This document shows, piece after piece, positions 9,879 to 18,623 of a stretch of DNA of 39,209 nt (positions are counted from its first letter, which is position 1; the number at the start of each line of letters is the position of its first letter). The stretch is from assembly GCA_031372565.1 (NCBI GenBank), contig JANMLN010000072.1:1-39209 (forward strand), given 5' to 3'. The notes under the pieces are model-generated. The model ran no database searches, was not told where the DNA came from, and saw only the letters and a program-made list of their open reading frames with translations. The position numbers were made by a program, and so were the translations under genes. This stretch comes from Gemmatimonadota bacterium. Its GTDB lineage: Bacteria > Gemmatimonadota > Gemmatimonadetes > Gemmatimonadales > Gemmatimonadaceae.

Positions 9879-10274
9879 TTACGCGCTCTTGGCGCCCGCC
9901 GCGCACGTGGGACAGCGACCATACAGCACGATCTCGTGTGCTTCAACCGAGAAGCCGGCCGGCGCGAGTCGCGCGAGGTCGCCGGGGCACCCGTCCACGT
10001 GGTACACCTTGCGACAGCCCAGGCACTCGAAGTGATGATGGTGGCCGCGGCCGGCGAGCTCATAGCGCGGCGCGGCTCCGGGGAGCGTCACCGCATGCAG
10101 CCGCCCCTCTGCGCACAAGTCGCGAATGGCGCGATACACCGTGGCCATGCCGATCCCGGGCACGCGCGCCTGCGCGGCCGAGAGCAGCTCCTCGGGCGAA
10201 CACGGATGGCCCGTCGATTCGAGCGCGTCCATGATCGCCGCCCGTTGGCGCGTGTTGCGATGGCGGACGATCAC
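9879..10274 (-). CDS. Fur-family transcriptional regulator
   Basis: Contains TRQRxAI, the helix-turn-helix ATVYR, HHHHFxCxxC and C-terminal GxCxxC. The GTG start overlaps the upstream stop. Confidence 0.92.
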   Translation of the reverse strand: MIVRHRNTRQRAAIMDALESTGHPCSPEELLSAAQARVPGIGMATVYRAIRDLCAEGRLHAVTLPGAAPRYELAGRGHHHHFECLGCRKVYHVDGCPGDLARLAPAGFSVEAHEIVLYGRCPTCAAGAKSA

Positions 10275-11008
10275 AGCCGCACCGAGGTGTGCAGCACCGG
10301 TGCTCGGCGCGCGTGTACCTCCTCGATGTCCGGCTCACAGCCGCAGGGGGCTTGGCCGCGTACCGCCTCGAGTCCCTCACGAGCGATGATCGGCGTCATC
10401 GCCAACGCCGCCACAGCGTCGGCCCACCACCAGCCCAGCCCGACCTGGAGCGCCTGACCGACCAGCAGGATGGCCGCGAGCCAGCCGCAGAGCGCCGTTT
10501 GTGTGGCGTGCGCCTGCAGCGCTTTGCTCTTGAGCGCGACGGCCACAAGGTGCTTCTGGCGCGAGAGCCACGGCATGAAGAGCACTGACGCAGCGGCGAT
10601 CGCGAGCCCCGCCACGCTGTGCTTCGGTCCCTCGCGCGTGAGCAGCGCATGCGCCGACTCGGCGGCCACGTACACGGCCAGCGCGAGCAACGACCAGCCG
10701 ATGATGCGGAGCGCGGAATGCTCGATCCGCTCGCGGTGATCGTGCGCGTCGCCCTTCAGGCGCCAGACAGCGGCCAGTCCGGCCAGCAGCTCGATGACCG
10801 CGTCGACCCCGAAGCTCATGAGCGACACGCTCCCGCTCATCGCGCCCGCAATGATGGCCACGATCGCCTCGAGCGAGGTCCAGCCGAGTCCGAGCAGGTT
10901 GAGCCGGTGCCCGCGCGCGATGAGCGTCGAGCGTGAGGCCAGCCGCGCTTCAGACGCCCTGATGGGCGGCGCGGGCACCTTGAACGGGCTGGAGCGGATC
11001 GGAGCCAT
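10271..11008 (-). CDS. Cation diffusion facilitator (CDF)-type metal transporter, transmembrane domain only
   Basis: About six hydrophobic segments, with motifs SxSLxxFGxDAVIE and GWWWADAVAAL. Translationally coupled to the Fur-family gene. Confidence 0.82.
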   Translation of the reverse strand: MAPIRSSPFKVPAPPIRASEARLASRSTLIARGHRLNLLGLGWTSLEAIVAIIAGAMSGSVSLMSFGVDAVIELLAGLAAVWRLKGDAHDHRERIEHSALRIIGWSLLALAVYVAAESAHALLTREGPKHSVAGLAIAAASVLFMPWLSRQKHLVAVALKSKALQAHATQTALCGWLAAILLVGQALQVGLGWWWADAVAALAMTPIIAREGLEAVRGQAPCGCEPDIEEVHARRAPVLHTSVRL

Positions 11009-11010
11009 GG

Positions 11011-11038
11011 AAATGATAATGGGAAGCGATCCTCAATA
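11011..11038. promoter_or_regulatory. AT-rich Fur-box-like site immediately upstream of the CDF-fur operon
   Basis: AAATGATAATGGGAAGCGATCCTCAATA contains AATGATAAT, a Fur-box half-site, directly before the ATG at 11008. Confidence 0.45.
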
Positions 11039-11203
11039 TGGTGCGCCCAGGCGCCGATTCCAAGGGGTCTCGAACGGGTTGGTACGGCCCAGTGGCTCAG
11101 GGTCCCGACCCGCCAAGAGGCAGCAGCCAGTGCCGCTGGCCGACGCCGCCCCCTTGCTCCACTATATGGTGCTGCGTTCCGACCACCCGATTTCGACGTG
11201 CCG

Positions 11204-12454
11204 ATGACTGATTCCCGACGCTCCGTACCGTTTGTCCGTCTGGCTGCCGCGTCTGTGGCGCTTGCCCTCGGGGCCGGGGCGGTGCGCGCGCAGGAGCCAG
11301 CGCGCCCCGTCGTGCTGCTGCACGCCAACATCATCGACGGCGTCAGCGACCAGCCGCTGCGCGACATGACCATCGTGCTCACCGGCGGCCGCATCGCGGC
11401 CATCGGCGCGAACGTTGCCCAACCCGCGGGCGCCACCGTCATCGACCTGCGCGGCCGATGGGTGTTGCCGGGCCTGATCGACGCGCACACCCACATCAGC
11501 ACCTTGGGCGCCGCCAAGCGCGCGCTCGAGAGCGGCGTGACCACGGTGCGATCGGCGTCCACCTCGAACTTTCAGGACGTCGCACTCCGCGAGCTCGTCA
11601 AGACGGGCAAGCTGGCCGGTCCCGACATGCTGGCGGCCGGGGTGTTCGTCTCCCCCGATCTGGGCGAGACGGTGCTGGCGGACCCGCGCCTCGCGCCGCT
11701 CGCGGGCGGCGTGAATACACCGGCCGAGCTCAAGCTGGTGGTCGATGTGAACGCCGAGCGGGGGGTCGACGTGATCAAGACGCGCGGCACCGAACGCGCC
11801 GGCCTTCCCAACACCGACCCGCGCAAGCAGTCGTACACCGAAGCGCAGTTGCGCGCGATCGTCGAGGCGGCCACCAAGCGCGGGCTGCCGGTACTGGCGC
11901 ACGCCCATGGCGACGAAGGGGCCTACGCGGCCGTGAAAGCCGGGGTCAAGTCGATCGAGCACGGCACGTACCTGAGCGACTCGACGCTCCGCCTGATGGC
12001 GCAGACCGGCGCCTTCCTGGTGCCCACGTACACCACGCTCATCGACCTGCGCGAGCCCGGCGGCGACTACGACGACGCGGTGCTGCACGTGCGCGCCATG
12101 CACATGGTGCCGGTCGCACAGAAGACGGTGCGTCGCGCCCGCGAGCTCGGGGTGCGCGTCGTGACCGGCGTCGACACGCAGTACGGCCCGCAAAGCGTCT
12201 CGCGCGTGAGCCACGAGATCATCAGCTTCACCGAACTCGGCTGGAGTCCGCTCGAAGCGATCAAGGCGGGAACATCGCTGGCCGCCGAGTGCGTGGGGCT
12301 GGGCGCCAGGACCGGGCGGATTGCCAGTGGCTTCGAGGCCGACTTGATCGTCGTTGAGGGGAATCCGCTCGATGACATTCGCCAGCTCCAGGACGTGACC
12401 GTGGTCGTGAGCAATGGTCGCGTCGCGCTCAACCGCCTCCCCTTCGGCAAGTGA
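11204..12454 (+). CDS. Secreted metal-dependent amidohydrolase (Xaa-Pro dipeptidase-like)
   Basis: Signal peptide ending VRA-Q, with motifs PGLIDAHTH, VIKT, AHAHG, SIEHG, GVDT and ADLIVVEGNPL. Confidence 0.9.
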   Translation: MTDSRRSVPFVRLAAASVALALGAGAVRAQEPARPVVLLHANIIDGVSDQPLRDMTIVLTGGRIAAIGANVAQPAGATVIDLRGRWVLPGLIDAHTHISTLGAAKRALESGVTTVRSASTSNFQDVALRELVKTGKLAGPDMLAAGVFVSPDLGETVLADPRLAPLAGGVNTPAELKLVVDVNAERGVDVIKTRGTERAGLPNTDPRKQSYTEAQLRAIVEAATKRGLPVLAHAHGDEGAYAAVKAGVKSIEHGTYLSDSTLRLMAQTGAFLVPTYTTLIDLREPGGDYDDAVLHVRAMHMVPVAQKTVRRARELGVRVVTGVDTQYGPQSVSRVSHEIISFTELGWSPLEAIKAGTSLAAECVGLGARTGRIASGFEADLIVVEGNPLDDIRQLQDVTVVVSNGRVALNRLPFGK

Positions 12455-13548
12455 CGTCACCGCAAGCCATCTATACGAAGTCCGTCACCCCCGTGCCGCT
12501 CTGGCGGCGCCTCTGGGATGACATCCTGCTGCGCGTCACGATCTACTACGTGCTGTTGTTGGGCGTCGGGATCCTGATCTGGATGATCCTGCCCAAGGAT
12601 GCGAACGGACTCCCCACCGGGCCGTTCGCGGAGCTGCTGGGCGGGCGCACCTCGGTCGACGCGATGAGCAAGGCCGCGCTCAAGGAGATGATGGCCAACG
12701 ACCCGATGCGCGGGAATCCGGCTGCGGCGCTCGATGTCGCGGTGAGTACGTCGCTCGCGGTGCTCACGGCTGCGCTGCTGACGCTACCGGTTGCCTGGGT
12801 CTACACGCTCACGCGCAAGAAGAAGGGGTACTCGCAGACGATGGTGCAGTCGCTGCTCATCCTGCCGGTGGTGGTGGCCGGCATCGTGATGCTGGTCAAG
12901 CACTCCGTGGCGTTGGCCTTCTCGCTGTCCGGCATCGTGGCAGCGGTCAAGTTCCGCACGTCGCTCGACGACTCGAAGGATGCGGTCTACGTCTTTCTCA
13001 CCATGGGCGTGGGGATGGCATCGGGGGTCGAGATCACCGTGGCGATCGTGCTGTCGGTGCTGTTCAACGCGATCGTGCTGCTGCTCTGGTTCTTCGACTT
13101 CGGCCGCGCGCCGGCCATGGAGGGAAGCCGCGCGCAGCGGTCACTGGAGAAGGCGCTCGAGACCGCCAACCGCACGGGCACGTTCGTGGCCAAGCTGGAC
13201 GACGAAGTGCTCAAGTCGCTGGCCCCCGAGCAGTTGCAGGGGTTGGCCGACCGTGCCTGGCGCCGCAAGAAGCGCATGGAGTCGAACAGCGCCGAGATGA
13301 CGACCGCACCCGCCACGGAAGCGCTGCTGCGGATCGAGGTGGGCGACGTGACGAAGGCGCGGGCGGTGGTGGAGCCCATGCTGGGCCAGTACCTTGCGCC
13401 GTGGCGGTTCTGCGGGACCCATCGCGAAGAGGGGCGGGCCTGGCTCGAGTACGCGGGCTCCCTCGGCGCCGACGTGGTGAAGCAGCAGGTGCTGTATGAT
13501 CTCCGCACACGCGGTGCGCCACACGTGATCAAGTGCGAACTCAAGTGA
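12451..13548 (+). CDS. DUF4956-like membrane protein
   Basis: GTGA overlap. About five TM segments, with the motif ALAFSLSGIVAAVKFRTSLDDSKDAVYVF and a C-terminal soluble domain. Confidence 0.78.
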   Translation: MTSPQAIYTKSVTPVPLWRRLWDDILLRVTIYYVLLLGVGILIWMILPKDANGLPTGPFAELLGGRTSVDAMSKAALKEMMANDPMRGNPAAALDVAVSTSLAVLTAALLTLPVAWVYTLTRKKKGYSQTMVQSLLILPVVVAGIVMLVKHSVALAFSLSGIVAAVKFRTSLDDSKDAVYVFLTMGVGMASGVEITVAIVLSVLFNAIVLLLWFFDFGRAPAMEGSRAQRSLEKALETANRTGTFVAKLDDEVLKSLAPEQLQGLADRAWRRKKRMESNSAEMTTAPATEALLRIEVGDVTKARAVVEPMLGQYLAPWRFCGTHREEGRAWLEYAGSLGADVVKQQVLYDLRTRGAPHVIKCELK

Positions 13549-13574
13549 CCACCCTGCCCTCCAAGGAAGGCCGC

Positions 13575-14648
13575 ATGCAGCGCATCTGTCGTTCGGTTCT
13601 CGCTCTGGCCACGCTCTGGGCGTCGGCTGCCGCGCCATTGGCCGCGCAGGAAGCGGCCGCCGCCAAGATCGACACCACGCCGCGCAAGCTGTTCCGCTCG
13701 CAGGAGCCGGTGACGATCAACATCACCGTCGACCTGCGCAAGCTGGTCCGCATGCGTGAGCGGCAGAGTGCACCGCTGCCGGCCACGCTCGTGTACGATG
13801 CCGGCGCGCAGGGCAAGGACACGATGCTCATCCAGGTGGGCACGCGCGGCAACTTCCGTCTCGCCGGGCGCAACTGCTCCTTCCCGCCGATCCGCCTGTT
13901 CTTCTCCAAGGCGGAGATCAAGGGCTCGATCTTCGAGCACCAGAAGGACTTGAAGCTTGTCACGCGCTGCCAGGAGGACAAGGAGTACGAGCAGTACATC
14001 CTCCAGGAAGAGCCCATCTACCGCATCTACAACATGCTGACGCCGTACAGCATGCGGACACGGCTCGTGAAGATGACCTACACCGACACGCTCAAGAAGG
14101 AGAAGCCGGTCGTCACGTGGGCATTTCTGGTGGAAGAGTCGGACGACGTGGCGCGCCGGGTGGGGGGCAAGCCGTTCACGGCCAAGCGCGCGGTGTTTGA
14201 TGACGTCGAGGCGAAGCACATTCGCATGGTCAGCTTCTTCGAGTTCATGATCGCGAACACCGACTGGAGCCTGGGCGCGCTGCACAACATGAAGCTGATC
14301 CGGGCGCCAGACGGCTTCACGGTGTTCCCCATGGCCTACGACTTCGACTGGTCGGGGGTGATCAACCCGCGCTACGCCGTGCCCGATCCGCAGTTGCCGA
14401 TCCGCAACGTGCGCGAGCGGTTGTACCGGGGGCCCTGCCTGCGCGACAACGCGGAAGTGGCGGAGATCGCCAAGGAGTTCATTTCGCGGAAGGACGCGAT
14501 CTATGCGCTGTACGACAAGCAGGTGGACTTGTTGCCGCAGAACGTGAAGCAGACGAAGGAGTACTACGACGAGTTCTTCAAGATTCTGGCGAACCCGAAG
14601 AAGGTGCAGGACGAGATGATGCGGACGTGCCAGGAGTTGGGGAACTAG
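13575..14648 (+). CDS. Secreted hypothetical protein with CotH-like atypical kinase motifs
   Basis: SD sequence AAGGAAGG and a signal peptide ending LAA-Q. Motifs TRGNFR, LKLVT, QEEPIYRIY, ANTDWS, HNMKL and PMAYDFDWSG. Alternative GTG start at 13545. Confidence 0.7.
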   Translation: MQRICRSVLALATLWASAAAPLAAQEAAAAKIDTTPRKLFRSQEPVTINITVDLRKLVRMRERQSAPLPATLVYDAGAQGKDTMLIQVGTRGNFRLAGRNCSFPPIRLFFSKAEIKGSIFEHQKDLKLVTRCQEDKEYEQYILQEEPIYRIYNMLTPYSMRTRLVKMTYTDTLKKEKPVVTWAFLVEESDDVARRVGGKPFTAKRAVFDDVEAKHIRMVSFFEFMIANTDWSLGALHNMKLIRAPDGFTVFPMAYDFDWSGVINPRYAVPDPQLPIRNVRERLYRGPCLRDNAEVAEIAKEFISRKDAIYALYDKQVDLLPQNVKQTKEYYDEFFKILANPKKVQDEMMRTCQELGN

Positions 14649-14662
14649 CGCGGGGAGGTGCT

Positions 14663-14714
14663 CCAGAAGCGAGGAAGGGCGGGCCGAGGGTGGCCCGCCC
14701 TTCTGCTCTTCTGG
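14663..14714. terminator. Probable bidirectional intrinsic terminator
   Basis: Perfect 12-bp stem GAAGGGCGGGCC/GGCCCGCCCTTC (14674-14703), extended by CCAGAAG/CTTCTGG, lying between convergent genes. Confidence 0.8.
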
Positions 14715-14728
14715 TCGCGCGCCGGTGA

Positions 14729-17344
14729 TCAGCGCGTCAGTGCCCGCACCACCAACGTCGCCGTCGCACGCCCGCGCGCTGACCGCGCCTCGACCGCATA
14801 ACGCCCCGCGCGCACCTCACGCTTCGACTCGTCGAGCAAGTCCCACTCGACCGTGTTGAGCCCGACCCGCGCCGCCGACGTGATCGTGCGCACGACGGCG
14901 CCCACGCTGTCGCGCAGGGTGAGCGTGACCGGCTCGGCGGCACTCGCCTGGAAGTGGAGCGTGCCCACGGGCCGACCGCGCCGATCACCGGTCACCTGCT
15001 CCCACGGGTAGTAGTCGCGTGTCACGGCGCGCGGCTCGAACAGATGCAGGTCGCGCGTGCGCACTTCGCCCGTGAGCGCCGTGACCGGCGTGAGCTCCAG
15101 CTTCCACGCGCCCAAGCCGTACGTCGCAATCAGCAGGTCACCCGCCTGCGCCTGTACCACGAGATCGTGCACGGCCGTCGTCGGCAGGTTGGCCGAGAGC
15201 GACTGCCACGTGCCGCCGCGATCCACCGACAGGTACACCCCTTGGTCGGTGCCGACATACAGCACATCGGCGTGCGCCGGGTCCTCGCGCACCACGTTGA
15301 TGCTCGCGGCCGGCAGGTTGGCGCTGATCGAGCGCCAGCTGCTCCCGCTGTCGTCGGAGACGAACAGGTACGCGCGCGGATCGTCCTCGCGATATCCGGT
15401 GAGCGCCACGTACACCGTGCCCTCGCGATGCTCCGACGCGATCACGCGGCTCACCCATTTGCGCGGGAGGCCGGCACTCACCGTGCGCCACGTCGCGCCC
15501 GCGTCGCCCGTGCGCCAGACGGTACCGCCCTCCGTACCCGAATAGAGCACGCCGCGTCGCGTGGGTGACTCGCTCACCATCGTGATCGTGCCGGTGGGCA
15601 CCACCGCACGCTCGCCCGTGCCCGCGTCCGCAAGCTCGGGACTGATCGGTGTCCAGTGATCGCCGCGATCCGACGACGCGAACACCCGATTGCCGCCCAT
15701 GTACAGCGTGCGCGCGTCGTAGCGCGACACGATGAATGGCGCGTACCAGCTGAAGCGGTACGGTGCCTCGCCCTTGGGGGCACGCGGCGCGATGCGGGTC
15801 GTGGACGGCCCGCCCGTCATCACCGATGTGCCGGTGATGTCCATGCGTGTGAGCCCGCCGTTCTGGTGCTCGTAGTACACGATGCGCCGGTCGGTGGGGT
15901 CGGGCAGCGTGACGTACGAGTCGCCGCCGGTCCATGGATCGAGGTACACATGTCGCCACCGATCTGGCAGCGCGTCGTCCACGCGCGCGTCGCTCGGACC
16001 GTACACGGCCGCGTTGTCCTGCGTGCCACCGAACACACGATAGGGCGCGGCCCCCGTGTCGGCCGCAATCGCGTAGAACTGCACGGCGGGAATCGTGTTC
16101 AGGTGCAGCCAATTGGTGCCGCGATCGTGCGACGTGAACACGCCACCGTCGTTGCCGAGCAGGATGTGGTTCGGGTCGGACGGGTTGATCCAGATGTCGT
16201 GATGGTCCAGATGCAGCGCGCGCCCGGGGGTGTCATTGAGCCGCAGCACCTGTTCGCCGATGCGCGCGAAGGTGCGACCGCCATCGGTCGAGTGCATGGC
16301 GCGATTGCCGAGGATGAAGAGTTCGTCGGGATTGCGCGGTGAGACGCGCACATCGCAGAACTTCCATCCGAACTCGCCGAACACCGGGTAGATGTTGTCG
16401 GTGTTCGCCTTGCGCCAGTGTTCGCCGCGATCGTCGGAGCGATACAGTTCCCCGCCGACCACCGGCTGCTCCTTGCCCGGACCCGCCGCCTGATTGTCGA
16501 TGTAGGCGTAGACCACATTCGGACGCGAGGGCGCGACATCGAGGCCGGCGCGGCCGAGTCGCCCCTGCGGGAGGCCGTTGGTGATGCGGCGCCAGCGCTT
16601 GCCGCCGTCGGTGGATTTGAAGAGTCCCCCGTCACGTCCGCTCGGCACCTGCCACGCCCACGCGTAGAGGATGTCGGGATTTGCCGGGTCCATGGCGAGA
16701 TCGACCACGCCCGTGCTGTCGTTGATGTAGAGCGCCTTGGTCCAGTGCGCGCCGCCATCGCGCGTCGCAAAGACGCCGCGGTCCGCGTTGGGGCTCCAGA
16801 AGTGGCCGATGGCCGCCACATAGACCACGCGTGGATTGCGCGGATGCACGAGCACCTTGCCGATGTGGTGCGTGTCGGTGAGTCCCATGGGCTGCCAGGT
16901 GGCCCCCGCGTCGGATGAGCGGAACACCCCCGTGCCCGGGTACGCGTAGCCGCTGTGGCGCGGTTGTGCCTCGCCCGTGCCGACCCAGACGATGTTCGCG
17001 TCACTTGGTGCAATGGCCACATCGCCGATGGCGTAGCTCGACTCGTTGCGGAAGACTTGCCGCCAGGTGAGCCCATCATTCGTCGTCTTCCAGAGACCGC
17101 CCGCGGCCATGCCGACGTAGAACGTGCTGCTCTGCCCCGTGGGCACGGCAATCGCTTCAACGCGGCCGCCATTGATCGTGGGCCCCATGGCGGTCCAGCG
17201 CAGGCCGGCGTACGGCGACTCGGCGGTGAAGCGCCGGTGTTGGTCCCACGCGGCCAGGCGAGTGGCGGCGTCGGCGGGGGGTTGGGCGCGGAGGGGGGCG
17301 GCGATGGCCAGCAGGAGCAGACTCGAGCGGATGGATCGATGCAT
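14729..17344 (-). CDS. Secreted VPS10/BNR (Asp-box) beta-propeller protein, glycosyl hydrolase-like
   Basis: SD sequence GAAGGAG and a signal peptide. Many SxDxGxTW Asp-box repeats, plus GPxxxGGRV, HLDHH, GGTQDN and GGDSY, and a FlgD-like C-terminus (VGLNTVEWDL). Confidence 0.88.
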   Translation of the reverse strand: MHRSIRSSLLLLAIAAPLRAQPPADAATRLAAWDQHRRFTAESPYAGLRWTAMGPTINGGRVEAIAVPTGQSSTFYVGMAAGGLWKTTNDGLTWRQVFRNESSYAIGDVAIAPSDANIVWVGTGEAQPRHSGYAYPGTGVFRSSDAGATWQPMGLTDTHHIGKVLVHPRNPRVVYVAAIGHFWSPNADRGVFATRDGGAHWTKALYINDSTGVVDLAMDPANPDILYAWAWQVPSGRDGGLFKSTDGGKRWRRITNGLPQGRLGRAGLDVAPSRPNVVYAYIDNQAAGPGKEQPVVGGELYRSDDRGEHWRKANTDNIYPVFGEFGWKFCDVRVSPRNPDELFILGNRAMHSTDGGRTFARIGEQVLRLNDTPGRALHLDHHDIWINPSDPNHILLGNDGGVFTSHDRGTNWLHLNTIPAVQFYAIAADTGAAPYRVFGGTQDNAAVYGPSDARVDDALPDRWRHVYLDPWTGGDSYVTLPDPTDRRIVYYEHQNGGLTRMDITGTSVMTGGPSTTRIAPRAPKGEAPYRFSWYAPFIVSRYDARTLYMGGNRVFASSDRGDHWTPISPELADAGTGERAVVPTGTITMVSESPTRRGVLYSGTEGGTVWRTGDAGATWRTVSAGLPRKWVSRVIASEHREGTVYVALTGYREDDPRAYLFVSDDSGSSWRSISANLPAASINVVREDPAHADVLYVGTDQGVYLSVDRGGTWQSLSANLPTTAVHDLVVQAQAGDLLIATYGLGAWKLELTPVTALTGEVRTRDLHLFEPRAVTRDYYPWEQVTGDRRGRPVGTLHFQASAAEPVTLTLRDSVGAVVRTITSAARVGLNTVEWDLLDESKREVRAGRYAVEARSARGRATATLVVRALTR

Positions 17345-17404
17345 GGAGTGCTCCTTCAAGTCTTGAGGGGCGAGTGGGGCGCATTGCACGCCACTCGCAA
17401 CCGC

Positions 17405-17923
17405 CTACACCACCGGCTCGATCGGCCGGAACGCCCGCAACTGGCTGTTCGTCATCAGCCACTTGAGCCCCGCCGTCCCCGCCTCGCGCTCCACCCCGAA
17501 TTCGAGCAGCGCCGCCCCGCCCTTCTTGAACTCGATGTTCGCCTCGGGTCGACGCGCGATCAGCCACCCGGTGAGTTCCCCCAGATCCGGTTCGTGCCCC
17601 ACCAACGCCACCGTGCCCCCCTCGAACTGGTTGATCCAGGTCAGCACGTCCTCGCGGTGACCGCTCGGCGCCAACGCCAGCAGCTGCTCCGGCGAACGCC
17701 CGTAGTACTGGTCCGCCACGATCGAGGCCGTCTGCCACGCCCGGATGAGCGGGCTCGAGGCGATCGCCGTGAGCGTCGGGATCAGTTCCATCAGCCCCTT
17801 GGCCGCCCGCTTCATCTTCTTCGCGCCGTCGGGGGTCAGTGGGCGCTGCTCATCGCTCGCCCCCGTGGCCGCCCAGACGTCGCGCTCTTCGGCAATCGCG
17901 TGCCGGATCAGGAGAATGCGCAT
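17405..17923 (-). CDS. sixA: SixA-like phosphohistidine phosphatase
   Basis: Contains MRILLIRHAIA, RPLTPDG, SSPLIRAWQTA, LVGHEPDL and FKKGG. Confidence 0.9.
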   Translation of the reverse strand: MRILLIRHAIAEERDVWAATGASDEQRPLTPDGAKKMKRAAKGLMELIPTLTAIASSPLIRAWQTASIVADQYYGRSPEQLLALAPSGHREDVLTWINQFEGGTVALVGHEPDLGELTGWLIARRPEANIEFKKGGAALLEFGVEREAGTAGLKWLMTNSQLRAFRPIEPVV

Positions 17924-18010
17924 GGGACGCGAAGGTAACGCAGGGAGCATGCACGGCGCGAGCGGTGTTATCTACCGACAGCGTCACACCGGCCCTCGCC
18001 ATCCCCACCC

Positions 18011-18580
18011 ATGACCGCTCCGATCCGCGTCCTCGCCTTCTGTGGCTCCCTGCGCAGAGGCTCCATGAACCGCGCCCTCCTTGCCGCCGCCATCGAGCTG
18101 GCCCCCGCCGACCTGCAGATCATGGTCTGGGACCGCGTCGGGGAGCTGCCGCTCTATAACGCCGACCTCGACGTCGATCCGCGTCCCGAGCCGGTCGCGG
18201 CACTGCGCGCAGCGCTCGAACAGTCCGACGCCATCCTCTACGCATCGCCCGAGTACAACTACTCGATCCCCGGCGGACTCAAGAACATGATCGACTGGGG
18301 GTCGCGTCCGCAGCCGACCCCCCCACTCAAGAACAAGCCGGCCGCCGTCATGGGGGTGAGCGGTGGCATGAGCGGCACGATGCGCATGCAGTACCACCTG
18401 CGCCAGGTCGCGGTGATCCTCAACAGCCCGATGATGGTCCAGCCCGAGGTCATCATTCCGAAGGGCGCCGAGCGGTTCGATCCTGCCACGGGCGCGCTCC
18501 GTGATCCCTCCACGCGGGAGCTGCTCGGCCGCTTCATGACCGCCTTCGGTGCCTGGGTGCGCCAGCATCCCCGCGCCTAG
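18011..18580 (+). CDS. NADPH-dependent FMN reductase (ChrR-like flavoprotein)
   Basis: Contains GSLRRGSMN, LPLYNAD, SPEYNYSIPGGLKNMIDW and KPAAVMG. Confidence 0.93.
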   Translation: MTAPIRVLAFCGSLRRGSMNRALLAAAIELAPADLQIMVWDRVGELPLYNADLDVDPRPEPVAALRAALEQSDAILYASPEYNYSIPGGLKNMIDWGSRPQPTPPLKNKPAAVMGVSGGMSGTMRMQYHLRQVAVILNSPMMVQPEVIIPKGAERFDPATGALRDPSTRELLGRFMTAFGAWVRQHPRA

Positions 18581-18582
18581 CG

Positions 18583-18611
18583 TTGCCGCCGAACGCCACG
18601 CGGCGTAACGT
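18583..18611 (+). promoter_or_regulatory. Putative sigma70 promoter for the RDD-SpoIIM gene
   Basis: TTGCCG-N17-TAACGT, ending 12 nt before the ATG at 18624. Confidence 0.4.
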
Positions 18612-18623
18612 GCCAGCACGATC

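Noticed and set aside
14729..17344. Internal repeats in the VPS10/BNR gene as a novel repeat system
   Set aside because: They are ordinary Asp-box propeller repeats at the protein level.
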